Below the pieces are notes generated by a model. It was not told the DNA's origin. It made no database searches and saw only the letters and a program-made list of their open reading frames with translations. A DNA stretch of 64,000 nucleotides. It comes from Acidimicrobiaceae bacterium (lineage in GTDB: Bacteria > Actinomycetota > Acidimicrobiia > Acidimicrobiales > Aldehydirespiratoraceae). Of the stretch, positions 27,542 to 38,155 are shown in pieces. Each line of letters opens with the position of its first letter. Position 1 is the first letter of the stretch. A program made the position numbers and the translations under genes. The DNA is taken from contig VYCM01000146.1 in NCBI GenBank assembly GCA_009843915.1, forward strand, positions 31,332 to 95,331. Direction: 5' to 3'.

Positions 27542-29332
27542 GTGAGAACGCGTCCGGCTAAGCCATGGCGATGTGCCGGGTATTTGCGGGGTCTGCTGGT
27601 GGTGGCGGCGCTGATCGCGGTGGCGGCATGCGGCGGGTCGACCGACGGCGATGCGGCGGACGGCGAGAGCGCGACCGATCCGGCCGTGACGGCCGCCGGC
27701 TCCACCGACACGGCTCCGGAGACGGCTGAAGCCGCCGCGGGCCGTCCCGGCGGCGAGATCGTGCTGGCCGTGGAGCAATGGCCCGAGTGTCTCAACCCGA
27801 TTACGTCCTGCAACAACGCGACGTGGCTCAGTTGGTCGGTGCTAGTGCATGTCGTGCCCCGCCTCATGGAGTTCGATGTCGACCACAACATCGGTGCCTC
27901 GCCGGTTCTGATGGAGGCGCCGACGGTGGACAACGGCGGGGCAGTGCTCAACGACGACGGCACGCTCACGATCACATACCGGCTCAATCCTGAGGCGCGC
28001 TGGAGTGACGGCACGCCCATTACCAGCACCGACGTGTGGTTCACCTGGCGGGCGATCATCGAGACCGAGGGCTCTCTCAACACCATCGGGTACGACCTCA
28101 TCACCGATGTGAGCCATGACGATCCTCACACCGCGATCGTCACGCTGTCCGAGTCCTATGCGCCCTGGCGTGAGCTCTTCGGCGGACTCGACGGGATCCT
28201 GCCCGCCCACGCCTTCGACGGCCAGACCGACATCTCCGGCCACTGGAACGACTCGATACCGATCTCGGGAGGACCCTGGCGCCAGGAGTCCTGGAGCCAG
28301 CAACAGCACATCCTCGTCCCCAACGAGAACTACTGGGTACCCGAGCGCATCCCTCGGGTTGACCGGGTGGTGATGGTCCCCCGGGAGGACACCGACACCG
28401 AGATCGTGGCCCTTCAGACCGGCGAGGCCATGGCCGCCTTCCCCCAGCCGTTCCCCGGCGCCAAGGAGCGCCTGGCCCCGCCGCTGACGTTCGTCTCGGG
28501 AGCGGGAACGTTCATCGAGGGTCTGTGGATCAACCAGATCGCGCCGGACCGGTACTTCGAGATCACCAAGAACTTGCGGCAGGCCCTGGCCTACGCCCTC
28601 GATCGGGAAGAGATCGCCGACGTGGCCCTCGGCCCCATCATCGACGATCCGGTGGTGCTGCAGTGCGCGGGCTGGAACCCGGCCTTCGGGGACTGGTGCG
28701 CCGACGACTTCGCCCACTACCGCCAGGACATGGCCGCCGTCGAGCGACTGCTCACCGAGGACGGCTGGACCCGCCCCGATCCCGAGGGCCTGTGGGTGAA
28801 CGACGAGGGCGTCGAGTTGGTGCTGCAGTGGAACACCGTGGCCGGCAACAAGCGCCGCGAGGACGTGCAGGCCCTCGTGACCGAGATGACGAGGCCCTTC
28901 GGGATCGGCTGGGAGATCATCAACTACGACCCGGGCGAGCTGTTCCAGAACCGGCTCCCGGCCATGAACTTCGGTCCGGTGGCCCTGTTCGCCAACAGCA
29001 CCACCCCCGATCCGACCGTGACCGCCCACTACGACATCGACGGCATCCCCAGCGAGGCCAACGGTTTCAGCGGCCAGAACTTCACCGCCTACGCCAGCCG
29101 GCAGGCCAGCGACTTGGCCTTCGCCATCGACGCCGAGGTCGACGAGGCCGCCCGCCTCGAACTCGTGCGCGAGCTTGGCACACTGCTGGCTTCCGACGTT
29201 CCCTGGATCCCGCTGTACGTGCTCCCCAACCTGCTGGCCTGGGACCCCGGTGTCCTGGAGGGGCCCGGAGGCTGGGTGTCGAGCGTCTACGGGGGCTTCT
29301 ACGACCTCTACGACTGGACCGTGATCGGGTGA
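27542..29332 (+). CDS. ABC transporter substrate-binding lipoprotein, family 5 (peptide/nickel/opine type)
   Basis: Signal peptide plus lipobox (LIAVAACGGS). The length of 596 aa and conserved blocks are typical of SBP family 5. Confidence 0.85.
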   Translation: MRTRPAKPWRCAGYLRGLLVVAALIAVAACGGSTDGDAADGESATDPAVTAAGSTDTAPETAEAAAGRPGGEIVLAVEQWPECLNPITSCNNATWLSWSVLVHVVPRLMEFDVDHNIGASPVLMEAPTVDNGGAVLNDDGTLTITYRLNPEARWSDGTPITSTDVWFTWRAIIETEGSLNTIGYDLITDVSHDDPHTAIVTLSESYAPWRELFGGLDGILPAHAFDGQTDISGHWNDSIPISGGPWRQESWSQQQHILVPNENYWVPERIPRVDRVVMVPREDTDTEIVALQTGEAMAAFPQPFPGAKERLAPPLTFVSGAGTFIEGLWINQIAPDRYFEITKNLRQALAYALDREEIADVALGPIIDDPVVLQCAGWNPAFGDWCADDFAHYRQDMAAVERLLTEDGWTRPDPEGLWVNDEGVELVLQWNTVAGNKRREDVQALVTEMTRPFGIGWEIINYDPGELFQNRLPAMNFGPVALFANSTTPDPTVTAHYDIDGIPSEANGFSGQNFTAYASRQASDLAFAIDAEVDEAARLELVRELGTLLASDVPWIPLYVLPNLLAWDPGVLEGPGGWVSSVYGGFYDLYDWTVIG

Positions 29333-29378
29333 GCGACAGGGTGAGCCGCCGAGGGGGACCGGCGGGCACGCTGCGGAG

Positions 29379-30359
29379 GTGATCCGTTACGCGGCGGGAC
29401 GTCTCGCGGTCACCGTTCCCATTCTCCTGGCTATCTCGTTCGCCACATTCTGGGCGGCGGGCGAGATCTCCAGTCCTGCCGCCCAGCTCACTCTCAACCC
29501 TCGGATAAGTCCGGAGGCCAGAAGGGCCTACATCGAATCCCTCGGCCTTGAAGAGCCGTTCGGCGTGCGCTACCTGACTTGGCTCGGCAACTTCGTGACC
29601 GGGGATCTGGGCACGTCACTGGTCCGCAACGGCCAAGAGGTATGGCCGCTGGTGAGAAGCGCTATGGCCAACACGCTGCTGCTGATCGTGGTGGCGATGG
29701 CCTTCTCGCTGGCGGTCGGGTTGGTCGTGGGCACCTTGTCGGCGCTGCGGCCGGGCTCCGTCATCGACCGGGCCTCGACCACCGTGTCGTTCCTGGGCAT
29801 CTCGATCCCCGTGTTCTGGCTGGGCCTGATGCTGCAGCTGATGTTCGGTCTGTATCTGGCCGAGTGGCTCCGGCTCGGAGCGCCGTTGCTGCCCACCGCC
29901 GGGATCTACTCGCCCGGCCAGCAGGGCTTCGACCTGCTGGACAGGGCGCGGCATCTCGCGCTGCCAACGATGACGCTGTCGCTGCAGCTGATCGCGGCCT
30001 ACAGCCGTTACATGAGGTCGTCCATGCTCGACGTGATGGGCATGGACTACATCTCCACCGCCCGGGCCAAGGGCCTGCCCGAACGCCATGTGGTGGTGCG
30101 TCACGGCGTGCGCAATGCGCTGATCCCGGTGACGACGCTGGCCGCGGTGGATCTCGGTCTGCTGGTGGGCGGCCTGATCGTCACCGAGCGGGTCTTCCAG
30201 TACCCGGGCATGGGCCTGCTGTTCCTCGACGCGATGACCGGCGGCGACTACCCCGTGCTGCTGGCCACGGTGATGATCGTCTCGGCCGCGGTGTTCTTGA
30301 TGAACCTGCTGGCCGATCTGCTCTACGCGGTGCTCGACCCGAGGATCCGTTATGGCTGA
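29379..30359 (+). CDS. ABC transporter permease (DppB/OppB type)
   Basis: MIRYAAGRL... N-terminus, the EAA-loop region YISTARAKGLPERHVVVRHGVRNALIP, and multiple TM segments. Confidence 0.85.
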   Translation: MIRYAAGRLAVTVPILLAISFATFWAAGEISSPAAQLTLNPRISPEARRAYIESLGLEEPFGVRYLTWLGNFVTGDLGTSLVRNGQEVWPLVRSAMANTLLLIVVAMAFSLAVGLVVGTLSALRPGSVIDRASTTVSFLGISIPVFWLGLMLQLMFGLYLAEWLRLGAPLLPTAGIYSPGQQGFDLLDRARHLALPTMTLSLQLIAAYSRYMRSSMLDVMGMDYISTARAKGLPERHVVVRHGVRNALIPVTTLAAVDLGLLVGGLIVTERVFQYPGMGLLFLDAMTGGDYPVLLATVMIVSAAVFLMNLLADLLYAVLDPRIRYG

Positions 30360-31302
30360 GCACTCGTCGTCGCGGCCGGGCTACCAGCACCGGGGCGAGG
30401 GCCGGCTCGCCGACAGGCGGTCGATGGCGGGGCAGCCGCTCGAGACACCCGGCGATGAGATCGCGCCGCACTGGCGGACCGTGTGGCGACGGTTCCGCAA
30501 GCACCGTCTGGCGACCGCCTCGCTGGCAGTGTTCGCCTTGATCGCGCTGTGCGCGGTATTCGCCGACTGGGTAGCTCCCCACGGTGCCACCGAGCAGCAC
30601 CTGGACAAGATCCTGGAACCGCCGGGCCGCGACTTCCTGCTGGGGTCGGACACCCTCGGGCGGGACACGCTGAGCCGGATCCTCTACGGAGGCCGGATCT
30701 CCCTGCTGGTCGGGGTGTCGGTGGCGTTGATCAGCGGCGTTGTGGGAACGGCGGTGGGGCTGGTGGCGGGCTACTGCCGGGGTTGGGTGGACTCGGCGCT
30801 GATGCGCCTCACCGACACGATGCTGGCGCTCCCGAGCCTGATGGTGGTGATCATGGCGGCTCGAATACTGGGCGACAGCGTGCTCGACGTGGTGATCGTC
30901 CTGGCCGCAGTCAGCTGGATGGTCCCGGCCCGGATCGTGCGGGCCAAGGTGCTGTCGCTGTGCGAGAACCAGTTCGTGGAGGCCGCCGTCTCGCTCGGCG
31001 TGCCCGGTCGCCGCATCATGGTGCGCGATCTGCTGCCCAACCTGGTGGGCGAGATCGTTGTGGCGGTGTCGTTGACGGTGGCCGGTGCCATCCTGGCGGA
31101 GTCGACGCTGAGCTTCCTGGGGTTGGGGGTGAGCGCGGCCCATACAGCCACCTGGGGAAACATGCTCGGGGGCAATGAGGGCTTCATGATCACCGCGCCC
31201 TGGCTGGTGTGGGCTCCAGGCCTGGCCATCGTGGCCACGGTCCTGTGCATCAACTTCATCGGTGACGGCCTGCGCGATGCCCTGGACCCGCCCCGTCGAT
31301 AA
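30352..31302 (+). CDS. ABC transporter permease (DppC/OppC type)
   Basis: LGSDTLGRDTLSRILYGGRISL and FVEAAVSLGVPGRRIMVRDLLPN blocks. 8-nt overlap with the preceding permease. Confidence 0.85.
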   Translation: MAEHSSSRPGYQHRGEGRLADRRSMAGQPLETPGDEIAPHWRTVWRRFRKHRLATASLAVFALIALCAVFADWVAPHGATEQHLDKILEPPGRDFLLGSDTLGRDTLSRILYGGRISLLVGVSVALISGVVGTAVGLVAGYCRGWVDSALMRLTDTMLALPSLMVVIMAARILGDSVLDVVIVLAAVSWMVPARIVRAKVLSLCENQFVEAAVSLGVPGRRIMVRDLLPNLVGEIVVAVSLTVAGAILAESTLSFLGLGVSAAHTATWGNMLGGNEGFMITAPWLVWAPGLAIVATVLCINFIGDGLRDALDPPRR

Positions 31303-31410
31303 CCGCGGGCGGGCGGGCCGGCCGGATGGGCCGCTGTCGCGATGAAGCGGGGCGGCGGCCCACTAGCCTCGGACGCAGGTCCCCGCGGAGCGCGTCGAAA
31401 GGAGACACAG

Positions 31411-31776
31411 ATGGCGGCGAGAGGTTCATCGGCTTGGCACTCATGGGTGGAGGCGGTCTTCGACGATGGGGTCAACCGCTCACGGCCCCGCGCTCTGAGG
31501 GCTCTCGCGGAATGGGCGGCGGCGTCGGTTGCAGTGAATGGCGATGTCTACGCGGGCATCTCTGCGGGTTATGCGGCCGTGTCGCGCGCCGCCGAGTCTC
31601 CGGAGGCGACGATCCGGGCTGCTCGCTACGCCATCTGGCACGCAGTGACGTCGCTGCGTGAGAGCAGCCCCGACGACGTCGACGTATGGCACTTCGAGCT
31701 GCACGCTGCGGGCGAGCTCATAGGTCTGCGGCTGCCCGACCGCCCCCACCTGGAAAACGTCTCGATCGCCAGCTGA
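31411..31776 (+). CDS. Hypothetical protein
   Basis: ATG 31411 with AAAGGAGA upstream. 121 aa with no recognised motif. The coding call rests on the RBS and GC3 bias only. Confidence 0.4.
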   Translation: MAARGSSAWHSWVEAVFDDGVNRSRPRALRALAEWAAASVAVNGDVYAGISAGYAAVSRAAESPEATIRAARYAIWHAVTSLRESSPDDVDVWHFELHAAGELIGLRLPDRPHLENVSIAS

Positions 31777-31795
31777 GTTGGCTGGCCGAACCCGG

Positions 31796-33328
31796 TCAGC
31801 CGATCTCGTCGGGCATCTCGGCCTTGCGTCGGGCCACGTAGTCGCGCAGTTCGGCGTCCACCGCGTCGTCGATGGGGGGCGGCTCGTAGTCGGCCAGCAG
31901 TTGCTTCCAGCGGGCGTTGGCCCGCTGTCCGGCTGAGAGCGAGCCCTCCTCGGACCACTGCTCATAGCTGGCCGCGTCGGAGATGTCCGACCGCCAGAAG
32001 GCGGTCTCGAAGTTGGCCAGGGTGTGAGGGTTGCCCAGGAAGTGGTCGCCGTGGGCGTTGGTGCGGAACGCCTCCATGGCTTGGCCGTTCTCGCTGACGT
32101 CGACTCCCCGGGCCCAGATTTCCATGGCGCCCAGCTGGTCGGCGTCCAGGATCAGCTTCTCATAGCCCAGCGCCAGCCCTCCCTCCTGCCAGCCCGCGGC
32201 GTGCAGCACGAAATTCACCCCCGCCTGCATCGTGGGCAGCAGGGTGTGGGCCGACTCGTAGGCGGCCTGCGCGTCGGGCAGCTTCGAGGAAGTGAACTGA
32301 CCGCCTGAGCGGAACGGCACACCGACCCGGCGGGCCAGCGACGCCATCACATGGATGGCTTGGCCGGCCTCGGGCGTGCCGAAGGTGGGCGCCCCGGTGG
32401 CCATCGACATCGAGGAGGCGAACGTGCCGAACACGACCGGAGCGCCGGGCCGCACCAGCTGCAAGTAGGCCATGCCGGACAGCGCTTCGGCCAGGGCTTG
32501 TGCGGCCAGACCGGCCACCGTCACCGGTGACATCGCCCCGGCCAGGATGAACGGGCTCATGATGCAGGCCTGGTTGGCTCGGGCGTAGGTGGTTGCTGCG
32601 CCCAACATGGGGGCGTCCCAGCGCATCGGGGATGAGACGTTGATCAGCGAGGTCATCACCGTGCGGTCGGCGAGATCTCCGCCGAAGGCGATCCGGGCCA
32701 TCTCGACGGAGTCCGCGGCCCGTTCGGCCGCGGTCACCGAGCCCATGAAGGGCTTGTCGCTGTAACGCAGGTGGGCGTACACCATGTCGAGGTGGCGCTT
32801 GTTCACCGGCACGTCCACCGGCTCGCACACCGTGCCCCCGCTGTGGTGCAGCTGGGGCAGGGCATAGGCGAGCTTCACCACGTTGCAGAAGTCCTCCAGC
32901 GTGGCGTAGCGGCGGCCCCGGTCGAGGTCCATGACGAAGGGTGATCCGTAGTTGGGGGCGAAGACGGTGGCGTCGCCCCCGACCATGACGTTGCGGGCGG
33001 GATTGCGGGCGTGCTGGGTGTAGGCGGCAGGGGCGTTGTCCTGCACGATCTGGCGGCACAGGCCGGGCGGGCACTTCACGAGTTCCCCGTCGATGTCGGC
33101 CCCGGCGGCCCGCCACAGCTCCAGGGCCTCCGGGAAGTCCTGGAAGGCGATGCCGACCTCGGACAGGATGGTCTCGGCGTTGCGTTCGATCTGCTCCAGA
33201 CCCTCGTCATCGACTATGTCCACCGGCGGCGTCCGGCGGACCAGGTACGGCGCTGACTCGGTCGACGCCGCCCGCGCCGCCCTTCTTCCTGCCCGGCCGC
33301 CGCCCCTCCGCCGCGTTGTCTCGCTCAT
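31796..33328 (-). CDS. MttB superfamily methyltransferase, non-pyrrolysine type (second paralog; last gene of the corrinoid operon)
   Basis: 510 aa uninterrupted. It is collinear with the 15825-17360 paralog (SPFILAGAMSPVTVAG, GAPTFGTPE, HAAGWQEGGL, HFLGNPHT). Confidence 0.85.
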   Translation of the reverse strand: MSETTRRRGGGRAGRRAARAASTESAPYLVRRTPPVDIVDDEGLEQIERNAETILSEVGIAFQDFPEALELWRAAGADIDGELVKCPPGLCRQIVQDNAPAAYTQHARNPARNVMVGGDATVFAPNYGSPFVMDLDRGRRYATLEDFCNVVKLAYALPQLHHSGGTVCEPVDVPVNKRHLDMVYAHLRYSDKPFMGSVTAAERAADSVEMARIAFGGDLADRTVMTSLINVSSPMRWDAPMLGAATTYARANQACIMSPFILAGAMSPVTVAGLAAQALAEALSGMAYLQLVRPGAPVVFGTFASSMSMATGAPTFGTPEAGQAIHVMASLARRVGVPFRSGGQFTSSKLPDAQAAYESAHTLLPTMQAGVNFVLHAAGWQEGGLALGYEKLILDADQLGAMEIWARGVDVSENGQAMEAFRTNAHGDHFLGNPHTLANFETAFWRSDISDAASYEQWSEEGSLSAGQRANARWKQLLADYEPPPIDDAVDAELRDYVARRKAEMPDEIG

Positions 33329-33390
33329 GTTGGCTCGTTCATGGTCTTGCTGTCTCCGGATCGTGAATTCGGGCGATTGTCGAGCGATGT

Positions 33391-35367
33391 TTATGCTGCC
33401 GGGCGGGGTCTGCGGCGCCGGCGGGAACCCTGTTCGGGACCGGCAGCGGCCGCCTCGGGAAGATCGATCACCGCGGCAAGATGCGGGGTGGGATCGGTCT
33501 CGTGGGGGAAGGCCATGGCCGCGACGAACAGCTCCTGGAAGCGGGACTCGGTGGCCGTCTCGATCTTGATCACCGACCGCACCATTCGCTCGACCTCCAG
33601 GCGCTGCTCACCCGACAGAAGCATGCGGACGGCGCCCACCCCCGAGGCGTTGCCGGCCGCTCGCACACCGCCCGCGGGCGTGTCGGGGACGAGGCCCAGC
33701 ACCATCGCCCGAACCGGGTCGATATGGGCGCCGAAGGCCCCGGCCAGCCGTATGTCGGGCACCTCGTCGATGCCCGCGTGCTCGCGCAGCAAGTCGATGC
33801 CGGCCCGCAGCGCGGCCTTGGCCAGCTGGACGGCACGAACGTCGTTCTGGGTGATCGACAGCAGGATCGGCTCGGTCTGAAGCACGTAGCTGAAGGTGCG
33901 GCCGTCGGCCACGATGCGGGGCGACCGGCCCTGATCCGACGAGATCACGCCGTGACGGTCGCTGATTCCGGCCAGGAACATCTCCGCGATCACCTCGATG
34001 ATGCCGGAGCCGCACAAGCCCGAGACCTGGAGCCCGGCGCGGTCCAGCTCCTGGGCGAACCCGGGCTCGTCGGACCAGAGCTCGCAGCCGATGACCTTGA
34101 ATCGGGGCTCCCAGGTGTCCGGATCGATCCGGATCCGCTCCACCGCGCCGGGGGTGGCCCTCTGGCCGCAGCTGATCTGGGCTCCCTCGAAGGCCGGGCC
34201 GGTCGGGCTTGATGCGGCCAGGACCCGGTTCCCGTCGCCCAGCACGATCTCGGCGTTGGTGCCCACGTCCACCACCAGCATCGGCTTCTCGGTCCGGTGA
34301 GGTCCCTCGGCCAGGGTGGCTGCGGCCGCGTCGGCGCCGACATGCCCGGCGATGCACGGACCGATGTACAGAGCGGCGTTCGGTAGCCCGATCCCGATGT
34401 CGGTGGCGCGGCCCCGCACAGCTGCAGCGGTGGTGAGCGTGAACGGCGCCGCACCCAGCGGTGTGGGGTCCAGACCCAGCACCAGGTGGTGCATGATCGG
34501 ATTCCCCACAACCACAAGGTCGTGCACCCTGCTGCGGTCCGCGCCGGCCAGCCCGCACAACTCACCCACCAGCTCGTCGATGGCGGTTCGCACCGCGGCG
34601 GTGAGCTCGACCTCGCCGCCGGGGTTCATCATCACGTAGGACACCCGGCTCATGAGGTCCTCGCCGAAGCGGATCTGCGGGTTCATCCGGCCCGAGGCCG
34701 CGGCCACCTCGCCCGACGAGAGCTCGAGCAGGTACCCGGCGATGGTCGTCGACCCCACATCGACCGCCACCCCCCAGGCCTCGTCGGAGTAGCCGGGGCG
34801 CACGTCGAGGACGGTGCGGCGGTCGTGCACCACCACCGTGACCGACCGGTCTCCGGCTGCTATGGCTGGGGAGAGCCCGGCCAGGACCGGAACCGGGAAC
34901 TCCAGGCCGATCAGGCCCCAGTCGGTGGCGAGGGCCTCGGCGACCAGGTCGAGCTCGGCGGCCTCGAAACCGAGGACCACCTCGGGAAGCTCCACGTAGT
35001 GGAGGGTGACCACCGGATGGATGACCACCTCGGCGAGGTCGATCGACTTGCGCACCACCGGCCGGTGGACCTGGCTCTCCGGCGGGACGTCGACGACGGC
35101 GTTGGCCAGCACCACGGCCTGGCAGCCCAGGCGGAAGCCCTCGGCGATCGGGCGACGTCCCCGGTAGCGCAACTCGGTGGGGCCGGGATCCGACAGGACG
35201 CCGGCTTCGGTGGCCGAGACCTGGCAGCGGCCGCACAGGCCCCGCCCGCCGCACACCGAGTCGAGGTCCACCCCGCCGGCGCGGGCCGCGTCGAGGACGG
35301 TGGCCCCGGCAGCCACCGAGGCGCGTATCCCCGAAGGGTTGAACACCACACTGTGCGTGTCGTGCAT
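33391..35367 (-). CDS. Corrinoid reductive activase (RACo/RamA-like): N-terminal [2Fe-2S] ferredoxin fused to an ASKHA ATPase domain
   Basis: N-terminal plant-type ferredoxin motif CGGRGLCGRCQV plus C...C. A large ASKHA-type domain follows (VAVDVGSTTIAGY, VVDVGTNAEIV). Confidence 0.8.
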   Translation of the reverse strand: MHDTHSVVFNPSGIRASVAAGATVLDAARAGGVDLDSVCGGRGLCGRCQVSATEAGVLSDPGPTELRYRGRRPIAEGFRLGCQAVVLANAVVDVPPESQVHRPVVRKSIDLAEVVIHPVVTLHYVELPEVVLGFEAAELDLVAEALATDWGLIGLEFPVPVLAGLSPAIAAGDRSVTVVVHDRRTVLDVRPGYSDEAWGVAVDVGSTTIAGYLLELSSGEVAAASGRMNPQIRFGEDLMSRVSYVMMNPGGEVELTAAVRTAIDELVGELCGLAGADRSRVHDLVVVGNPIMHHLVLGLDPTPLGAAPFTLTTAAAVRGRATDIGIGLPNAALYIGPCIAGHVGADAAAATLAEGPHRTEKPMLVVDVGTNAEIVLGDGNRVLAASSPTGPAFEGAQISCGQRATPGAVERIRIDPDTWEPRFKVIGCELWSDEPGFAQELDRAGLQVSGLCGSGIIEVIAEMFLAGISDRHGVISSDQGRSPRIVADGRTFSYVLQTEPILLSITQNDVRAVQLAKAALRAGIDLLREHAGIDEVPDIRLAGAFGAHIDPVRAMVLGLVPDTPAGGVRAAGNASGVGAVRMLLSGEQRLEVERMVRSVIKIETATESRFQELFVAAMAFPHETDPTPHLAAVIDLPEAAAAGPEQGSRRRRRPRPAA

Positions 35368-35371
35368 GCGT

Positions 35372-36262
35372 TCAGGCGCTTCGGCGACGCCCGCCCCGCC
35401 GTCTCAGGCCGACCGTGTCGGGGTCCCGGTGCTCGGCGATCCACGCGGCGCAGTCCCGGTCGTTCCCGGCCAGGACGTCGGCGGCCATCACCGCGTTCTT
35501 CACCTCGGGGTGCATGGGGTTCATGATCGCCGAGGTGAGCCCGGCGCCTATGGCCATCGACAGGAACGTTCCGGTGATCATGTGGCGGGCCGGAAGGCCG
35601 AAGCTGACATTGCTGGCGCCGCAGGTGGTGTTCACCCCCAACTCGGTGCGCAGACGCCGCACCAGTTGGAACACCTGCCGTCCAGCCGTGCCCATGGCGC
35701 CGATCGGCATCACCAGCGGGTCGACCACCACGTCGGAGGCCGGGATGCCGTGGTCGGCGGCCCGGTTGACGATCTTGCGAGCGACCTCGAAGCGCACGTC
35801 GGGATCCTCGCTGATGCCCGTCTCGTCGTTGGAGATGGCCACCACTGCCGCGCTGTGGCGGGCCACCAGAGGCAGCACCCGCTCCAGCACCTCCTCCTCC
35901 CCGGTGACGGAGTTGATGAGAGGCTTGCCCTCGTACACCGCAATGCCGGCCTCCAGGGCTTCGATGATCGAGGAATCGATGGACAGAGGCACGTCGGTCA
36001 CGCTCTGAACGAGCTTGATGGCCTGGGCCAGAAGGGCAGGCTCATCGGCGAGGGGGATCCCCGCATTGACGTCGAGCATGTGGGCTCCAGCCGCGGTCTG
36101 CGCCAGCGCATCGGCCTCGACCCGGCTGAAGTCCCCGTTGCGCATCTCCTCGGCCAGCAGCCGCCGTCCGGTGGGGTTGATGCGCTCACCGATCATCACG
36201 AACGGGCGGTCGAACCCGATGACCACCTCTCTGGTGGCCGAGCTGACGACGGTGTCGGTCAC
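35372..36262 (-). CDS. Methyltetrahydrofolate:corrinoid methyltransferase (pterin-binding, MetH/AcsE/MtgA-like)
   Basis: GTG 36262 with AAGGAGA upstream. Pterin-binding barrel blocks: IGERINPTG, MLDVNAG, LSIDSS, LINSV, VVDPLV, TTCGASNVSFGLP. Confidence 0.8.
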   Translation of the reverse strand: MTDTVVSSATREVVIGFDRPFVMIGERINPTGRRLLAEEMRNGDFSRVEADALAQTAAGAHMLDVNAGIPLADEPALLAQAIKLVQSVTDVPLSIDSSIIEALEAGIAVYEGKPLINSVTGEEEVLERVLPLVARHSAAVVAISNDETGISEDPDVRFEVARKIVNRAADHGIPASDVVVDPLVMPIGAMGTAGRQVFQLVRRLRTELGVNTTCGASNVSFGLPARHMITGTFLSMAIGAGLTSAIMNPMHPEVKNAVMAADVLAGNDRDCAAWIAEHRDPDTVGLRRRGGRRRSA

Positions 36263-36636
36263 TGCGGATCTCCTTCGGAGTCGATGCTGCGATCGGGATC
36301 CCAGCCGCCGGTCTTGACGAACTCGTCCAGACGCTCCCGGGGGAACGCCTCCTCCAGGGAGGCCGCAGCCGCCATGGCGGCCGCCTCGGGATCGTCCGTG
36401 CCCGAGGGGATCAGAGACCGGCGCCACTCCCCTACGTACTGCGAGGCCTGAGTCTTGCCCGCCACCATGGCGGCCCGGTCGATGGCTCTCTGGAACCGGC
36501 GGGGGAGGATGCGCTGGACCCGGTCGGCGCCGGAACCGCCGTTGACCTGGGCGGGTATGTCGCGCCAACTGATCAGCACCAGGCTGCCGTCGTCGTTGCG
36601 GCGCCTGCGCCCGCCTCGCCCCGCTGGGGGACTCAT
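36259..36636 (-). CDS. Small protein of the 'virulence factor' (PF13769-like) family that accompanies corrinoid methyltransferase operons
   Basis: ATG 36636 overlaps the DUF1638 stop (ATGA), and its stop overlaps the GTG of the next gene (GTGA). The block SWRDIPAQVNG...QRAIDRAAM matches my recollection of this family. The assignment is from memory, not a search. Confidence 0.5.
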   Translation of the reverse strand: MSPPAGRGGRRRRNDDGSLVLISWRDIPAQVNGGSGADRVQRILPRRFQRAIDRAAMVAGKTQASQYVGEWRRSLIPSGTDDPEAAAMAAAASLEEAFPRERLDEFVKTGGWDPDRSIDSEGDPQ

Positions 36637-37261
36637 GCCGCCTCTGAGGTGTCCGCGCTGGCCAGCTCCACGATCCGGCCCTCGAGTCCGCCGATGCCGG
36701 TGACGATCCGCTCGCAACGAAGGCCGAGACGGGCGGCGGCCTGCTCCGCGGCGCGGGCCAGGCGGTCATCGTCGGCCTGGGCGAGGTGGACGACCCGGGT
36801 GTAGTTGCCGAAGTACGCCTCAAGGAGTTCCGGATGCTGGGAGATGCCCAACCCCTCCATGATCAAGCGATCGAAATGCCGCACCAGGTAGTCGGTGAGG
36901 TAGAAGGTGCCCGGCTCGACATCCTGCAGGCCGGCGAAGGCGTCGGGGCCGGTGTAGAGCTCGTAGCAGTGGGCGCCCGGCAGCCGCTCGACCCCCTCCT
37001 CGGCGCACACCCGGTCGAGCAGCCCGCCCGTGCCGCAGTCCATGTAGCCCACGATGATCGTTCTGTAGGCGCCGCGAGCCTTGGCGACCCGGACCCGCCG
37101 ACGGACGGCGTCGGGGATCCGCTCGGGGCGGTTGTGCATTATCGCGGGCAGGCACTCCACCTCGAGGTGCTTGCTGCCGTTGAGGGCTGCTATCTCGCGC
37201 AGTTCGCGGACCAGCGCGCCACAGCCGATGACAAGAACTTTCGAAGGGTGCGGCGGGGCCG

Positions 37262-37265
<4 letters not shown>
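36633..37265 (-). CDS. DUF1638 domain protein
   Basis: 210 aa. KVLVIGCGAL...VGYMDCGTGG...YLTDYLVRHFD matches the DUF1638 pattern as I recall it. ATGA overlaps at both ends. Confidence 0.6.
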
Positions 37266-37981
<716 letters not shown>

Positions 37982-38155
37982 CCGGCTCAGCCCTCCGCAT
38001 GTCGGTATTGGGCCCATTCCTACGGATGACAGCCACCTGCTGGTTCCGTACTGTGGACCAGTCCCACGATACGGAACGGATCGTAGCACGGTCCGGTACC
38101 GACACAAGCAACCCGCGCGTGAGATTTCCATCAGTGACTCGGCGGCCACGTAGCC

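Noticed and set aside
37982-38155. Possible cobalamin riboswitch in the spacer upstream of the corrinoid-protein operon (AGCCACCUG resembles the B12 box).
   Set aside because: The B12-box-like word is on the leuS strand, not the corrinoid operon strand. It also has an extra C relative to GCCACUG, and the other conserved cobalamin-riboswitch blocks are not present on either strand. I also found no convincing T-box (no UGGN bulge context) for leuS.
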